DNA of 63,730 nt, filler included, from Octopus bimaculoides (taxonomy: Eukaryota), in assembly GCF_001194135.2 (NCBI RefSeq). It is 6 parts of 6 records of this genome, joined end to end, with 100 filler letters (N's around TTAATTAATTAA, not from the genome) between each part and the next. Parts side by side here need not be neighbours in the genome. Positions count along the whole stretch, not along the records: positions 15,817 to 37,822 come from NC_068990.1; positions 37,923 to 46,468 come from NC_068985.1; 4 more parts are not named here. One strand, written 5' to 3'. Numbering within the stretch: position 1 is the first letter of the stretch; the number at the start of each line of letters is the position of its first letter. Under the pieces are notes generated by a model, which worked only from the letters and a program-made list of their open reading frames with translations, did no database searches and was not told where the DNA came from. Below are positions 23,930 through 37,974 of the stretch, piece by piece. The position numbers were made by a program, and so were the translations under genes.

Positions 23930-24953
23930 AGAATTTTGAAAATCGCGCTGATATTGGTTGTGTTCCGTTTATGTAATTAGCTGCCTGCTATAAACCGTAT
24001 CGATTGAATTGATTATGTTATCGATTAAAACTTTATGCCATGTGCTGTGACAAGGTAAAAATCAATAATTATTCCACACACCAGCAGTTCATCGCGTATA
24101 TTACAGTAGTCAACAGAAAGGCACATAGTATATGACTGACCAAGTTATTTTGGTCTCTCGGTAGAACAAATGTAATTTCGAGATTTTTGAAGTGAAAAAG
24201 ATGAAAAAAAAATCACATTTGTATGAAATGGTACGCGCCTATGAATCGTGCCAATTATAATATCAGTCAATATGCCATCCAAACTATGTGCTAGAGTCAT
24301 GGGTTTTGTCGGGGAATTTTAAGTTTTGCCCTGTCGAGAGGCCATAGAATAATGCTGAGTCAGGCTTATCCGTAAACATTACCATAGGAAATACTAATCT
24401 GCAATGTTAGAATTCCATTTGCCGTTGCAATAATAGGAAAGCGTATTGAAATGATAGTTGAATATTCAAGCTATACTTATCATCACAATTCAAGCTGCAC
24501 AATCTGTAATCTCACCATTATAATCAAGTCAATGTTTATCGCGTTAGGAATCAAAGTTTCCTCACATTATATCTCGCAATCACTTAAATTTCCGTTTTAA
24601 TAATCCTGGAAATCATATCTTTCGGAATGCAGATAACCATTATGTATTCTCTTCATGACTTCGTTAGACGAAAATGCGTGTATGTATACAGTTATCTCAA
24701 TAAGAAAACCACAGAAATTACATTACACAATCGAAACATTACTTAAAGCTTCAACAACCAACGAAAACGTGACGAGAATGGAATGCAGGTTCTGAGTGCA
24801 TCAGAACATTATGATATTCTCAGAGGCAATTATTTTGCGATGTACAAAACTTGTCAGAAGTGTTTCAGATTGCGATGTACTTACTGCAACTATGTAGCTA
24901 CATGTATGGAATGTGCTGATATCCACCCCAAAAGAGAAATATGCAAGACGTGA
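23930..24953 (+). pseudogene. Probable decayed ankyrin-repeat + RING (Mind-bomb-like E3 ligase) pseudogene
   Basis: Fragments ENRADIGCVPFM*LAACY, ESGLSVNITIGNTNLQC and PFAVAIIGKRIEMI, then IETLLKASTTNENVTRMECRF* frameshifting into SASEHYDILRGNYFAMYKTCQKCFRLRCTYCNYVATCMECADIHPKREICKT*. Pattern match by eye only. Confidence 0.5.
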
Positions 24954-25359
24954 TTTTTCCTATGTTAAGGTTACGCTCACATTACATAGTAAATACCAGA
25001 TTTTTAAGTCACCGAATTTAAGCAATAACAAGGATAAATATTGCTGAGGAAATTCTGAAGAAACAATTATTTGGTTTCTTATTGCACGAACCAGAGTATG
25101 TATTTATAATGTATTTTAGTATCAATTAAGTGTTTGTCTATAGAATTAAGCTACTATAAGGTATTTTCCTAGACGTTACATTATTAATACATTCTTTTAT
25201 TTTATTATTAGTATAAGCAAAGTAATTTTGGCTATAAAATGTTAATCTCATTCTTGTTATGTTAAGATTCTACTCATATTAACTATTAAATACCAAACAG
25301 CTTTGTAAGTCTCCCAGTTTAAGAAATAACAAGATAAATATTTCTATTTACTATCTGAA

Positions 25360-25660
25360 ATCTTGTGGGAGTGGACTAGTTGATTACATTGAGGCATGTG
25401 TTCATTGGTATCTATTTCATCGACCCTGAAAGGATAAAACATGAAGTTAAACTCGGCGAGATTTGAAATCAAAATATAAAGACACAAGAAATTCTGCAAG
25501 GCATTTTCGGCATTTTGTCCGCAAGATATTTTCTCCGACGCTGTTACGATTGTGCTAGACAGTATCAGCACAATTATTTGAGGAATGTTTAAAATTTCAG
25601 TACAAGGCCAGCAATTTTTGGGGAGGTTGTAATTCAGTACCATCGACGTCAGTACCTGAA
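25360..25660 (-). mobile_element. Two diverged SINE family A fragments
   Basis: TTTCATCGACCCTGAAAGGAT...AACTCGGCGAGATTTGAAATC and AAAATTTCAGTACAAGGCCAGCAATTT. Confidence 0.65.
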
Positions 25661-27940
25661 GGGTTCTTTCCATTATCTACCTGTGGCCAACTTTACATTT
25701 TATATTGAAAGAATGAAGTGCAACACTGTCTACATGCAGAATATAATCTCAAAATGGGAGAAACGATTCAACCAGTCTGTACATTAATTATTATTATCAT
25801 AATAAATGCAATGCAATTTCGACTATAAAATGTTATTTTGATATTGTTTACGAATTCACTTTTCCACAATATATTTCCTGGTATGATTTTTCAATAAATT
25901 CATGTATTAACTTCATATCTATTAAATAGATAGTATAGAAGCCGTCTGCGACATTTTCCAATTTGACAGGTGAGACAATAGATACGAAACCCATATCGAA
26001 GTATAATATTAAAGTTATTGTTCTACACATCAGTCAACTCAGCCAGTGAAATACAGTTTGAATTTACACTTCTCCCAAGATACAGGCGCAACGCGTGTTT
26101 GTGGGTGTGTATAACACGCACGCACATATAAATATATATATATATATAGATATATATATATATACGTATAAATACATATGTATGAGTACGTATGTGTGTT
26201 TACATATTCATGTATATATGTGTATGTGTGTGTTTGTGACCATGTGTGTACGTGCGCGCCTTTGTGTGTGTATATTTGTGTGTGTGTGTGTGTGTGTGTG
26301 TCCGTTAACTGATCCTGTTTCAGAAAAATGCCTTATGGAATATATTTTCTTCCAATATTCCTAGTAATAATGACTTAATTAAATGTTTCTAATCTGAGAT
26401 TGACATTTTCAATAAGATAATTTCAAATTGATATAACGGTAACCTAAAGTAGATTAGTATTAGATCTCATACTCTGATTGTAAATGTGAATTTTATTACT
26501 GCGATGAAACGATAACTACTAAGAGAATACGTAGCCACCAGGTTATTTTTTAACCTACTAGAAATAGAAGCCAAAGAATATTTAAAACAACAGCTCCGTC
26601 TTGAGAAGGTAAAACATCATAAGAAAAGGCTGGTTGTTTTCATTTGGAAAGCCTTGACAAAAGATATTTCTATCAGCTTTAAGAAACGTTAAGCAAAGGC
26701 GACAACAATGAAGATGACGACGCATGGATATAATATAATAAATAAAACATACAAAAATGTAACATACCTTACCGGTGAGAAATATTAATTCCAATAAATG
26801 AAGGGAACGTCTACAAGATCAGTAGGGTGCTAATGGATATTACAGTATTATAGGTATTGTCATGTTTGGCCTATGACAACTGTCTCGTTTAATAGGATTT
26901 GAGCTCAAAATTTGCTGAAACAGAGGCAACGATAATATATATATATATATATATATATATANNNNNNNNNNNNNNNNNNNNNNNNNNNNNNNNNNNNNNN
27001 NNNNNNNNNNNNNNNNNNNNNNNNNNNNNNNNNNNNNNNNNNNNNNNNNNNNNNNNNNNNNNNNNNNNNNNNNNNNNNNNNNNNNNNNNNNNNNNNNNNN
27101 NNNNNNNNNNNNNNNNNNNNNNNNNNNNNNNNNNNNNNNNNNNNNNNNNNNNNNNNNNNNNNNNNNNNNNNNNNNNNNNNNNNNNNNNNNNNNNNNNNNN
27201 NNNNNNNNNNNNNNNNNNNNNNNNNNNNNNNNNNNNNNNNNNNNNNNNNNNNNNNNNNNNNNNNNNNNNNNNNNNNNNNNNNNNNNNNNNNNNNNNNNNN
27301 NNNNNNNNNNNNNNNNNNNNNNNNNNNNNNNNNNNNNNNNNNNNNNNNNNNNNNNNNNNNNNNNNNNNNNNNNNNNNNNNNNNNNNNNNNNNNNNNNNNN
27401 NNNNNNNNNNNNNNNNNNNNNNNNNNNNNNNNNNNNNNNNNNNNNNNNNNNNNNNNNNNNNNNNNNNNNNNNNNNNNNNNNNNNNNNNNNNNNNNNNNNN
27501 NNNNNNNNNNNNNNNNNNNNNNNNNNNNNNNNNNNNNNNNNNNNNNNNNNNNNNNNNNNNNNNNNNNNNNNNNNNNNNNNNNNNNNNNNNNNNNNNNNNN
27601 NNNNNNNNNNNNNNNNNNNNNNNNNNNNNNNNNNNNNNNNNNNNNNNNNNNNNNNNNNNNNNNNNNNNNNNNNNNNNNNNNNNNNNNNNNNNNNNNNNNN
27701 NNNNNNNNNNNNNNNNNNNNNNNNNNNNNNNNNNNNNTACAATGAAGTAGAGAAATTTGAAAAGACAACACGAAACCGGTTATTTCTCCAAATACAATGT
27801 TTATATACCCAAAAAATTTTATAACATTTTTCTGACATAATTTAAATATATACTTTAACCATGTAACACAAGCCTTCTGTAGTTTTTTCACTCTTATTAT
27901 CTTTTATACATCCACGTCCTTTCACATACCAACTTTCTCA

Positions 27941-28010
<70 letters not shown>

Positions 28011-28698
28011 CCGCTTTGCTCATTCAAACATTATGTCTCGTAATACGCAGGCGCATGAATACACATTTATATGTCTTCATGTGTGTACGCCTACGCACAC
28101 AAAGGCAAACAGACAGAGATAAATAGATAGATAGATCGATAAATGTATTAGCGTTTCAATGTTGAGTTAGAAATTCCTATATATGGAAGAGTGGAACCAA
28201 GTATTTAAACGCTGTCATTCGTAAGTTTTTCGGCTTTGAGTATCTCTGTAACAATGACCTATTTCATATTTCAAACTTCAAATGATATGTCGTAAACAAC
28301 ATATATAGATATATATGAAATGTAAATACAAACGGAATAAAACAAATTTCTCGTAGAACTGACTAGTGGTTGTGGAGATATTAGGGATTTTCGCGGTATA
28401 AATACCCGGAACGGTGCATAATATGAAACTCTCCTGAACTTAAACTTAATCGTGATAGGGAAAATTTTTTTAACTTTTGGATTAGACACAGTGATTTGAC
28501 AACGAACAAATACGATTTGCACTTTTGCAGTGAATGTTTCTATTTTCGCTTTTGCTAAACACAATATTTTAATCATTTAGAACTATCTTTAAGGGAATGT
28601 AATTTTAAAAGTGTAAGTTGTTTGTACAGTAAATATTCATACTTTAGCTTCCTTTAAACAGACAATATTTTAATGTTTTTTTTTTTTTTTCAATTATT

Positions 28699-29052
28699 TT
28701 ACCCGTTCGTAACCTCGGTGTGAAATGATTTTCCTCCATAGGTATTGTTCGAGTACATTCAAGATATCTCACCTCTAAATATTTGCCTGCTATTTCTAGA
28801 ACGCTCTGCAATCACGTAACAGCTTTTTGCGATAAAGGACCAGAAATACCCCTTACATGGTGGCAGGGCGTGCAAGAAATAGCCAAATCTTTCCTTTTCT
28901 GGGGAAAGGAGCCGTTTACGCGTGATTTCGTTGTCACATTCATTGAAAGTATGGGAAATAACATGGGAAAGAAAAAAAACTCCACGAAGCAAAACATTGT
29001 TGCTAAGAGACTCAGACTTTCCTAGTGACCCAACGGGTAACGGATAGTCTAG
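28699..29052 (+). mobile_element. Segment ending in a Helitron-type 3' terminus
   Basis: Hairpin GTGACCC-AAC-GGGTAAC (29025-29041), 7-nt spacer, CTAG|T (29049-29053). A 9-bp inverted match TTACCCGTT (28699-28707) / AACGGGTAA (29032-29040). The 5' TC end was not identified. Confidence 0.5.
28742..29025 (+). CDS. Exon-like open frame of unknown identity (IVRVHSRYLTSKYLPAISRTLCNHVTAFCDKGPEIPLTWWQGVQEIAKSFLFWGKEPF...KRLRLS*)
   Basis: Follows an acceptor-like TTTTCCTCCATAG with an in-frame stop 12 nt upstream. About 94 codons open. No homology recognised; may be chance. Confidence 0.2.
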
Positions 29053-29064
29053 TATATATATATA

Positions 29065-29125
<61 letters not shown>

Positions 29126-29129
29126 ACAT

Positions 29130-29309
29130 GGATGTGTAGCAAGAAGTATACTTCCCAGCTATATGGTTCCGGTTCTATAGCAGAATTCGACTAGGGTGCC
29201 ACACAGTACCCAGTGTTGCACTCTAGGCAAGTGTATTCTTATATAGTCTCGGTCAATCAAAACCTTGCGAGTGGATGATGTAGATGGAAATTGACCGAAA
29301 ACAGTGGTG

Positions 29310-29346
<37 letters not shown>

Positions 29347-29540
29347 AGAGAGAGAGATAAGCATACAGACAGTGATGCATAAACACATATCTGTGAATGT
29401 GCGTTTGTGTGCGGCGTGCATGTATGCGAGTGTGTGTGGTATGTGTGGTTGTGCCTATGCATTCGTGTTTGTGCCCCACTACCAATTGACAGTCGGTTTT
29501 GGTGTGTTTACGACCCCGTAATCTAATAGTTCGTTAAAAT
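29130..29540 (+). mobile_element. SINE family B, diverged
   Basis: ATGGTTCCGGTTC...TAGGCAAGTGTATTC...GGAAATTGAC, a microsatellite middle, and TTGGTGTGTTTACGACCCCGTAA. Confidence 0.7.
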
Positions 29541-31569
29541 TGCAAAAACTCATAAGTTTGTGTGCGTAAGTGTATAAACTTTTCATTTTTCAGTATAAAA
29601 TATATTCTACTGCTTTAATCTGATAATATTCTTCGCAGCTATCCTGTGGTGGTGGCAACTACGACTATAATTACTTTAAAATCTTGAAGCCTGTTAAAAA
29701 TACAGCAATTATTGTTCTTTTTAGAAATCAAACGGAAACGAAATTGCTAGCAAATATCAGATATATAACTTTGTATGTAGATACATACACATGACCATTA
29801 AATTTTCATAAAATCACGTCCATATCTCTGTCTTTGACGGAGCATATAGTTTGAAATTTATAATAGTTTTTCTATGTTAATTGCATTTACACTAACTGCA
29901 TTTTGCCATAAAATTTAAATGGCTCTTGTTGGCACAAGATTTGGAAATAAGCCGAATAGAATTCCGCAGTGCATTTGCACCAGTAACTACGCCATTATTG
30001 AAATCATTGTAAGTATTATAAAAGATTGTTATAATTGCGTTCCAAGCCGATTGCCGAGGCTGTTTCTCTCCCTAATTGAAGTCAAATAACTTGTATGATA
30101 TCATCTTCTTTAGCAAAGCATAATGATGCATACCAATACCTCCCATCATGATTATGTTTGGTTTCTGTTGCGACAAAATACAGAAAAAATTCATCTAATG
30201 TAATTTGCAGATATCTTCACACAATGAATGATTAGAGATGCCTGCGCTAAACAAGACAATGTTTTCTGTATTGTGTTATTTAATAGGCTGTAGTGAACGC
30301 AAATATTCATAACACCAGTGCTTTAGTCGCTGATAGTAGTAGGAACAATATAGCATTAACGAGTGCTTCAGTGGATTGATACCTTCAAATTATCTTAGGA
30401 GAAATAAATGAATTGATGATGAAAATTTTTCAAGAGTGTCGTCGCATGTTGTAACCAGTTAGAAGAACTACAAAGAATAAATAAAAAAAACATGGTAACA
30501 AATTAATTTCAAGTTATTATTTTTCTCTTTAGCATTTTCTGGAACAATATAAGTATATTTGCTCTCCGCCTGGGGTTTGTACTTGTAAAAAATTACAGCA
30601 CTTAGTCACTTCACAATAGTTCTGAATTTACATGCCGACAAGGACGATTTCGCTTTCCAAACTTCTAGAGTGACAATAATGAATTGTCAGTCAAAACCTA
30701 GGCCGAATCCTAGATTCGTGGTTGTCTGTCAATGTTGGAATCCCAAATTTGATATCTAAAACATCTCGATTAAGGTCAGTGGTGCATTGGCTACTCTGAA
30801 ATTCAGGATACTTTAGTTTTGAGAACGTTTTACAATTTTTATTCATTTATTTCCCCTTAGTTTTCACAAAGTATACGCACCTAATAACGAATAGGGGTGT
30901 TGACTGGATGCGCATTATCTGCAAATATACTTTACATCAATTCTTATTCAAACTCAATATAACTGGAGATTGTAGTTTCCTCTGCTATAATGTACAACAG
31001 AATTTATTCCTTAGCTTTTTAAACTATTTAATCATCGCACCTAAATTCTTAAGAGCATTCTATGTATAGGAAAATGACTTATGGCTACAAAATTTTGAGT
31101 TTTCAGTTTTATTTTGTGTATGTATAGTATGTCTAACGAGTCGATCTGTAAATTGATGGAAGCTCCACTACTTTAGTTGTAGCATTTTGCAGATGGCTCA
31201 CCCGGTTTAAATCTGAGTACCTTTTAAATGCCACAGGGGAAATTATGTTTAAGTTTTCCAAAATATGTGGAGTAAAAGCTTTACAACTGCCGGCGTGTGT
31301 GTGCCAAGCTGTCTCTAAATACATTTCTAATATAAGAATTTAAGACTGGCGATTTTTGCCTCTAACAGTATATATATATCCTTCATATTCGTGGTTCTTT
31401 CTGTTGTTTCTATATGAAGGATTTGTGCATGGATATCGATTGTCATCCACGGTACTGAAACTAGTTATGGTGGAGATATAATGTCTAAAGGCATTCCAAC
31501 TAGTTCAGGGTAGTAGTATCTTTACATCGTCATTATTGTCGACATCTTTGTTGTTATTATTGGTGTTAT

Positions 31570-31710
31570 TAATCGTACCAATGCTTAGCAGCTTTTGTTC
31601 CGAATCATTACGTTCTGAGTTCAAATTCTGTCGAGGTCATATTTACGTTTCATCATTTGAGGATGATAAAACTATTTACAAATAAAACACTGAGGTCGAT
31701 GTAGTTACAT
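31570..31710 (+). mobile_element. SINE family A, diverged
   Basis: AATGCTTAGC...TACGTTCTGAGTTCAAATTCTGTCGAGGTC. Confidence 0.7.
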
Positions 31711-32398
31711 GGCAAGAGTATGTTAATAATTATATCGAGAACTTGAAATCAGATTATTGTTTATCTCACTTGGATAAATAATTTCCTCTGCACAACACAC
31801 ATTCGAAATTAATTTGATCTTGTTTTGTTATATATCAAAACATGCCTCATTTTGGAAGAATTTAAAGAAAAATCTCACGCTTTCAGGAAGAGCGGTTATG
31901 AATTAGATGAAATGAAAATGTTCTATTCGAAAATCAATATTCGTCGTTATGTTACCCTTCAGGGGTTTAATTTATCAAAGAAAAAACCCTTTTCTATCAA
32001 CTTGCTACATTATAAGAAAATAATCTCAATTGAAACATGATTTTCATATCTAGAAATATTTTCGTCCAGAAAAACAGCCACATCAACAACAGCAGAGCAA
32101 ATATTCAAATACAAATTTCATTTGAATATGCACAAAATGAAATGGATAATCGATTGGAAGCACGTTAGTGTATTGGTTGTTATTTTATCGATATCACTGA
32201 ATTTGGAACTTAAAAAACAAGATGAGATACTTAAAAATAGTGAGTTGTTTACTTCAGAGTTTTTCATTCTCTGCAAAAATACTTATCATTGAATTTTAAA
32301 ATAATGTTTACTTGAAAATTTGAAGCTTGCGTTTCTTATGGAAAATAAATACGTTGAATGTTTGTTTTTGAAGAATATATTTCTTTCAGATGTTTCAG

Positions 32399-32434
<36 letters not shown>

Positions 32435-34417
32435 NNNNNNNNNNNNNNNNNNNNNNNNNNNNNNNNNNNNNNNNNNNNNNNNNNNNNNNNNNNNNNNNNN
32501 NNNNNNNNNNNNNNNNNNNNNNNNNNNNNNNNNNNNNNNNNNNNNNNNNNNNNNNNNNNNNNNNNNNNNNNNNNNNNNNNNNNNNNNNNNNNNNNNNNNN
32601 NNNNNNNNNNNNNNNNNNNNNNNNNNNNNNNNNNNNNNNNNNNNNNNNNNNNNNNNNNNNNNNNNNNNNNNNNNNNNNNNNNNNNNNNNNNNNNNNNNNN
32701 NNNNNNNNNNNNNNNNNNNNNNNNNNNNNNNNNNNNNNNNNNNNNNNNNNNNNNNNNNNNNNNNNNNNNNNNNNNNNNNNNNNNNNNNNNNNNNNNNNNN
32801 NNNNNNNNNNNNNNNNNNNNNNNNNNNNNNNNNNNNNNNNNNNNNNNNNNNNNNNNNNNNNNNNNNNNNNNNNNNNNNNNNNNNNNNNNNNNNNNNNNNN
32901 NNNNNNNNNNATATACACGTTTACCGTCTGTAATTTACAGGGAATTGCAAAATTTTTTTGAAGATTTCTTAAATTTACTATGAGAGTGAAAATGTCAAAC
33001 CGACACGGAGTTTGCATTTAATATGAAGAAAACATCATATTTTTTTTTCATACAAATAATTTAAGTGAAACATCTGGTGATAAAATAATAATAACTGACT
33101 GATTACGTAAGGCTATATAATATAAGGTGTATATCGTCTTTTGATATGAATAACGAACGGGATATTAGAATAAGATATGAAGAGGAAAGAATGTTGATAT
33201 TCATAAGATAAATAGTTGGAGCATTTTTAAATATCAATAATATGCCTGCAAAATGAAGTTGAAGTACTGCACCTTTGCCATTTTTGCGAAAGTGTCTAAC
33301 ATAATTCTCCACCAGCCCCATATATCTTTAGGTCTATATGTTCTATCATTACAATTATAATCAAACACTTTGCCAGTAATTTTCATCGGTAGCCTTTATC
33401 GATTCTTCCAAGACTGTTTCTCTCCCTATCTGTGATAGGCATTGATTACAAGACATTTTCGGAACCATTTGCCAGCAGAACCTATCAAATAATCAATCAA
33501 GTAGTCTATCATAAGTTCTAGGTCATTGACTACTTCAGTGATTATCATTATTGCAGTAGAACTATAACCGTTTGGGAAAATCGCTTTCCTGGAGATGCAT
33601 TTTATGAGATATAAAACTGCTTGCTTTTTGTAGATAAAATAAAAGCATAAATCAATAATCATAGAAGTGGGTATTGGGGGTAAAAACGAATGATTCACAT
33701 ATTGCATTTATTTTCTCAATGATACAGGAGATAGTTTATTTTAATCTATAATATTTTCAAAGGATTCTTTTTCATAACTGGAAATATTTATATTTATAAA
33801 CACAAATATATTTCTTTCCATTACACAACTATTCAAATTCATTTATTAAGAGGTACTTTTTAGGGAATCCATTAGTACTTGAGATATTTTAAATATATGC
33901 CAGTGCAGTAATATTATGCGTATTTCATGCCTGAATACAGTGTAGGAGCTAATAATTGGGAAATTTTTAATTATTGAACATCAGGAATAATAAAATTGTG
34001 TTGGGTGGCAAGTAACTGATTCCCAAAATATTTCTTTAAAAAATGAACACCAATAATAAACATACATGCGTATCTAATATATATATATATATATANNNNN
34101 NNNNNNNNNNNNNNNNNNNNNNNNNNNNNNNNNNNNNNNNNNNNNNNNNNNNNNNNNNNNNNNNNNNNNNNNNNNNNNNNNNNNNNNNNNNNNNNNNNNN
34201 NNNNNNNNNNNNNNNNNNNNNNNNNNNNNNNNNNNNNNNNNNNNNNNNNNNNNNNNNNNNNNNNNNNNNNNNNNNNNNNNNNNNNNNNNNNNNNNNNNNN
34301 NNNNNNNNNNNNNNNNNNNNNTATATGTGTGTGTGTGTGTGTGTATGTTTATATGCATTTATATACATATATACATTACCCATCTGTTAATCTATCACTA
34401 TGAATATGAATGTATGT

Positions 34418-34454
<37 letters not shown>

Positions 34455-34889
34455 TACTTCCACATGCAGTTTGTACTTCCACGTGTACAGTTCTTCTAAA
34501 TATATATTGAAAATATAGTCTTTGTATTTATTTGGCAACAATTTCTTCACGTTCATGTATGGAAGTTTAGTACTTTAGTAATAATAAATTACCGCGATTA
34601 TCAACCTTTCAAAAACGTACCGCATTTAAATAGCAAAATCGTTTGCTTTTTGGTGCGTATAATAATCGTTTTGCAACTCTAATAAGCACTGTCATACGTT
34701 TTGACACCTATTTTTCATACTCAGTTGAATATGGTATGAATTTATTTTGTGTTATGATATCAATTCCACCTGTCACGAAGCATCATTATTTGTACCATTG
34801 TTGCGTTATTTCCTGTTTTTCTGTGCTATCGTATTTGCAGGATGCATAGCATTGCAAATTTTATTACTTATTCAAAGGAAGCAGTCATA

Positions 34890-36140
34890 TAAATATAGTG
34901 CCAGGATGAGTTAAACGTCTTTTCGAATTTCAAGCTTTAATTAATAGTCCAGTTAGATTACATACTAAAAGCGTTTATTAATCAAGATATATCCCGTCAT
35001 ATTCTATCGTCTGTTGCCACTGCTGTACCAGCGGCCTGACTCATCGTATGTACTATTTGGCTGCTTTAAATGCAAAAAACTCACTGTGCACGTTTTCAAC
35101 ATTATTCACCTTGTAGAACACCTGTCCTTGTAGGAAATGAGGCATGGATCGAAAAAATCGTAATCAGAGAGTGTAATGTCTATACTTTAGCTAACCATAA
35201 GCTGCACTTCTGGCCCGTCAAGAGCCTCAATTTTGCGCTTGGTCACTTTGGCAGCATGTACTGTGTCATTGTTATGTTGTAGGACTGCGCGTCTTCCGTT
35301 CACCATTTCCGGGTGGCAGGCTTTCAGAGCATAAAATATTTGCTGAAATTCTTAAGCATACAGATTAACGTTCACAGCTTGACTATATGGGATAAGCTCA
35401 AACAGCAACAGGCCCCGAAATCCACCTAACACACAACATGGCCTTCTGTTCAATCTACCCTTATTTCACAAGTCCCGATGCCATATTTCTCTTATAAGCA
35501 ATACCGAAATATTTAGTTTTCGTCCCCATTTACAATACAATGTCAAAAACGGGCATTTCAAGGATTTTCCAGCAGTTGCTTACAAATATCTACGTGTCAT
35601 TGCACCTGATTATTTGTCAGTTACTTAGGTACTTCTCAACAACGTCTGTGCAAAAGGCCACACTTATAGAGGTGTTGGGTGATGCTGATTTATGAGTGAC
35701 GGGGATCTTCCGACAAGGTACGAGTGATTGCTTTTGGCTGTTGTTTAGCCATTTCAAAAAATTGCCTCATCTTCCGCAACAATAGTTCTCCCTGATCTTG
35801 GTTTCGTTTTCGAGGCTGGTGTCACCTTCTTTAAAACGCGTTTCTCACATTTGTTTTACACATTCTTTAATAGTTCTTGCGCCGTCCACATCATGAATTT
35901 CTTGTGCACCCCCCCCCCCCCTTGCACCCATGTAGTGTAACCTGGCTCTAATTGCAATTTTTTTCACCATTCATTATCAAAGCTTCAAAATAAAGAATAA
36001 ACAAGTAATATAAACATTTATGTTATATATAAAAATAAGGAGTAAGCAATTCGGCGTCGATGGGACAACAAATTACATCAAATTAATGATATGATATGGA
36101 AATACAAATTGCCCAAAATTATTACTGAAAACCCAATAAG
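34890..36140 (-). mobile_element. mariner transposon, heavily pseudogenised, about full length
   Basis: Minus translation RFKEGDTSLE..PRSGR, CIVNGDEN, KAMLCVRW, LQHNNDTVHAAKVTK, SDYDFFRSM.HFLQGQVF, QQWQQTIEYDGIYLD*. Ends are approximate. Confidence 0.88.
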
Positions 36141-37050
36141 CCTTTGGACACAACCCAGTGCATGTACGAGGAAGAGTAATATTTCGTATGGTCAAGTTCA
36201 AAATATTTCTAATATATTCACGGCATTTCATGATGGCGTTTTATTATTTATTAGTTATTTATGCTTTACATTTTAGCGTTTGCAGTAAATTATTCGTGTT
36301 AGCATAGGAGTAAGTGTAAATACATTTTATGCGGTTCTGTAGAATAGGTCTTTATAACTCTTTCATCTATACTATAACTAGAATGAATTTGGCTTATGTA
36401 ATACATTTTATATGTTTTGTTTATTTTTAATAGATGTAATGTCTGATGTGTTTACAACATCGCATTAGCTTCCGCGTCTATTTTCTTCCGTTGATGAGTG
36501 GTGATTTTATTCTCTAATTTTATTTGTGCTGTGTTTGATTTTTAGAAGAAAGCAGAAAAGAAAACTACATCGCTGATAATATATTGAAACAAGGATAAAA
36601 CTCATCATTTTGCTAGACTTGCAGTGTCCAGAAATATTAATGGACCGAGAGAACATTGTGCTCTCCTACAAAACGGTATTGGGAAACATTATGCTTTCGA
36701 ACAAAACAGAAAAAATAAATAGAAAACAAGAAATTATATTCCAAGAATGTTTCTAATGCGAGCCATTGGAATACATATCACACACACGTATAATAATGTA
36801 AGACGCACCTTCCGCATAGGACTACGATAAACAGCGATGTTAGGGGGGGGGAGTTTCTACGATATATGCCTCAAAGAGCAACAATTTGTAGTCTAATCAC
36901 ATTTTTAGCTTAAATAACCAGATACATTTAGGTGCAATCATCGAGAATTTACGCAAACAATATACAGATATATCTATCTTTCCGTCCATTTATATATCTA
37001 CTCCCGACTCTAAATATATTTTTATATTTTCCCTCTCCCTCTCACTATAA

Positions 37051-37131
<81 letters not shown>

Positions 37132-37974
37132 TATATATATATATATATGTGCGCGCGTGTGTGATTGTGTGAGTGTATGCGTGTTGGTTTGTGTCTGCGT
37201 GTATATTTGTGTGCGTGTATCTATAAGTGTGTGTGTGTGTGTGTATGCCAACAATGTCGCAACGTCTTGCAAGCCTCACCGGGCGAAATATATAATTTGG
37301 AACCAAAATATATTCTATATTTCAGTTCCATATTGAAAAAGTATTGAATGAATACTCATATTTCAGTATCCACACCATTGTATTTGGGTTTTTACAAACA
37401 TTCAATCTTGACGCATGTTAAAAAGCCTTATTATCGTCCCAGGAAAATCACGAATGCTCTTTATGTCGGTTATGCATAGATATATGGTTGGTGAGCTGTC
37501 TAAACGATTTTTTTTTCTCAATTTCTCTCGACCTCAAATTATCACATCAAGACATACATTTATATAAATAAACATATACATAAATATGCACTCTCATGTG
37601 TGAGGCGTTTATTATTGTTTACTTCTAACGTTTGTACTGTGTACTTTAGCTAAAATTGAGGTTCTCTCCAGCTTTTAAAATTGGTATTGTCTGATATAGT
37701 AAATACATATATACACACATATAAGCATACATAAAAAAACGTATATATATATATATATATATTTTTATACATGTAAGCTTACATACATATATACGTATAT
37801 ACATGCATATATATATATATATNNNNNNNNNNNNNNNNNNNNNNNNNNNNNNNNNNNNNNNNNNNNTTAATTAATTAANNNNNNNNNNNNNNNNNNNNNN
37901 NNNNNNNNNNNNNNNNNNNNNNTTATTATAGCCGATTTTCAGATTTTTTACTTCCTTTTAAAAAATGCAGATTT

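Noticed and set aside
29900-30470. GPCR-like or ankyrin-like peptide fragments in various frames
   Set aside because: Motif spacing is wrong (Cys to HHY is off by 3), there are many stops, and the interpretations conflict between strands.
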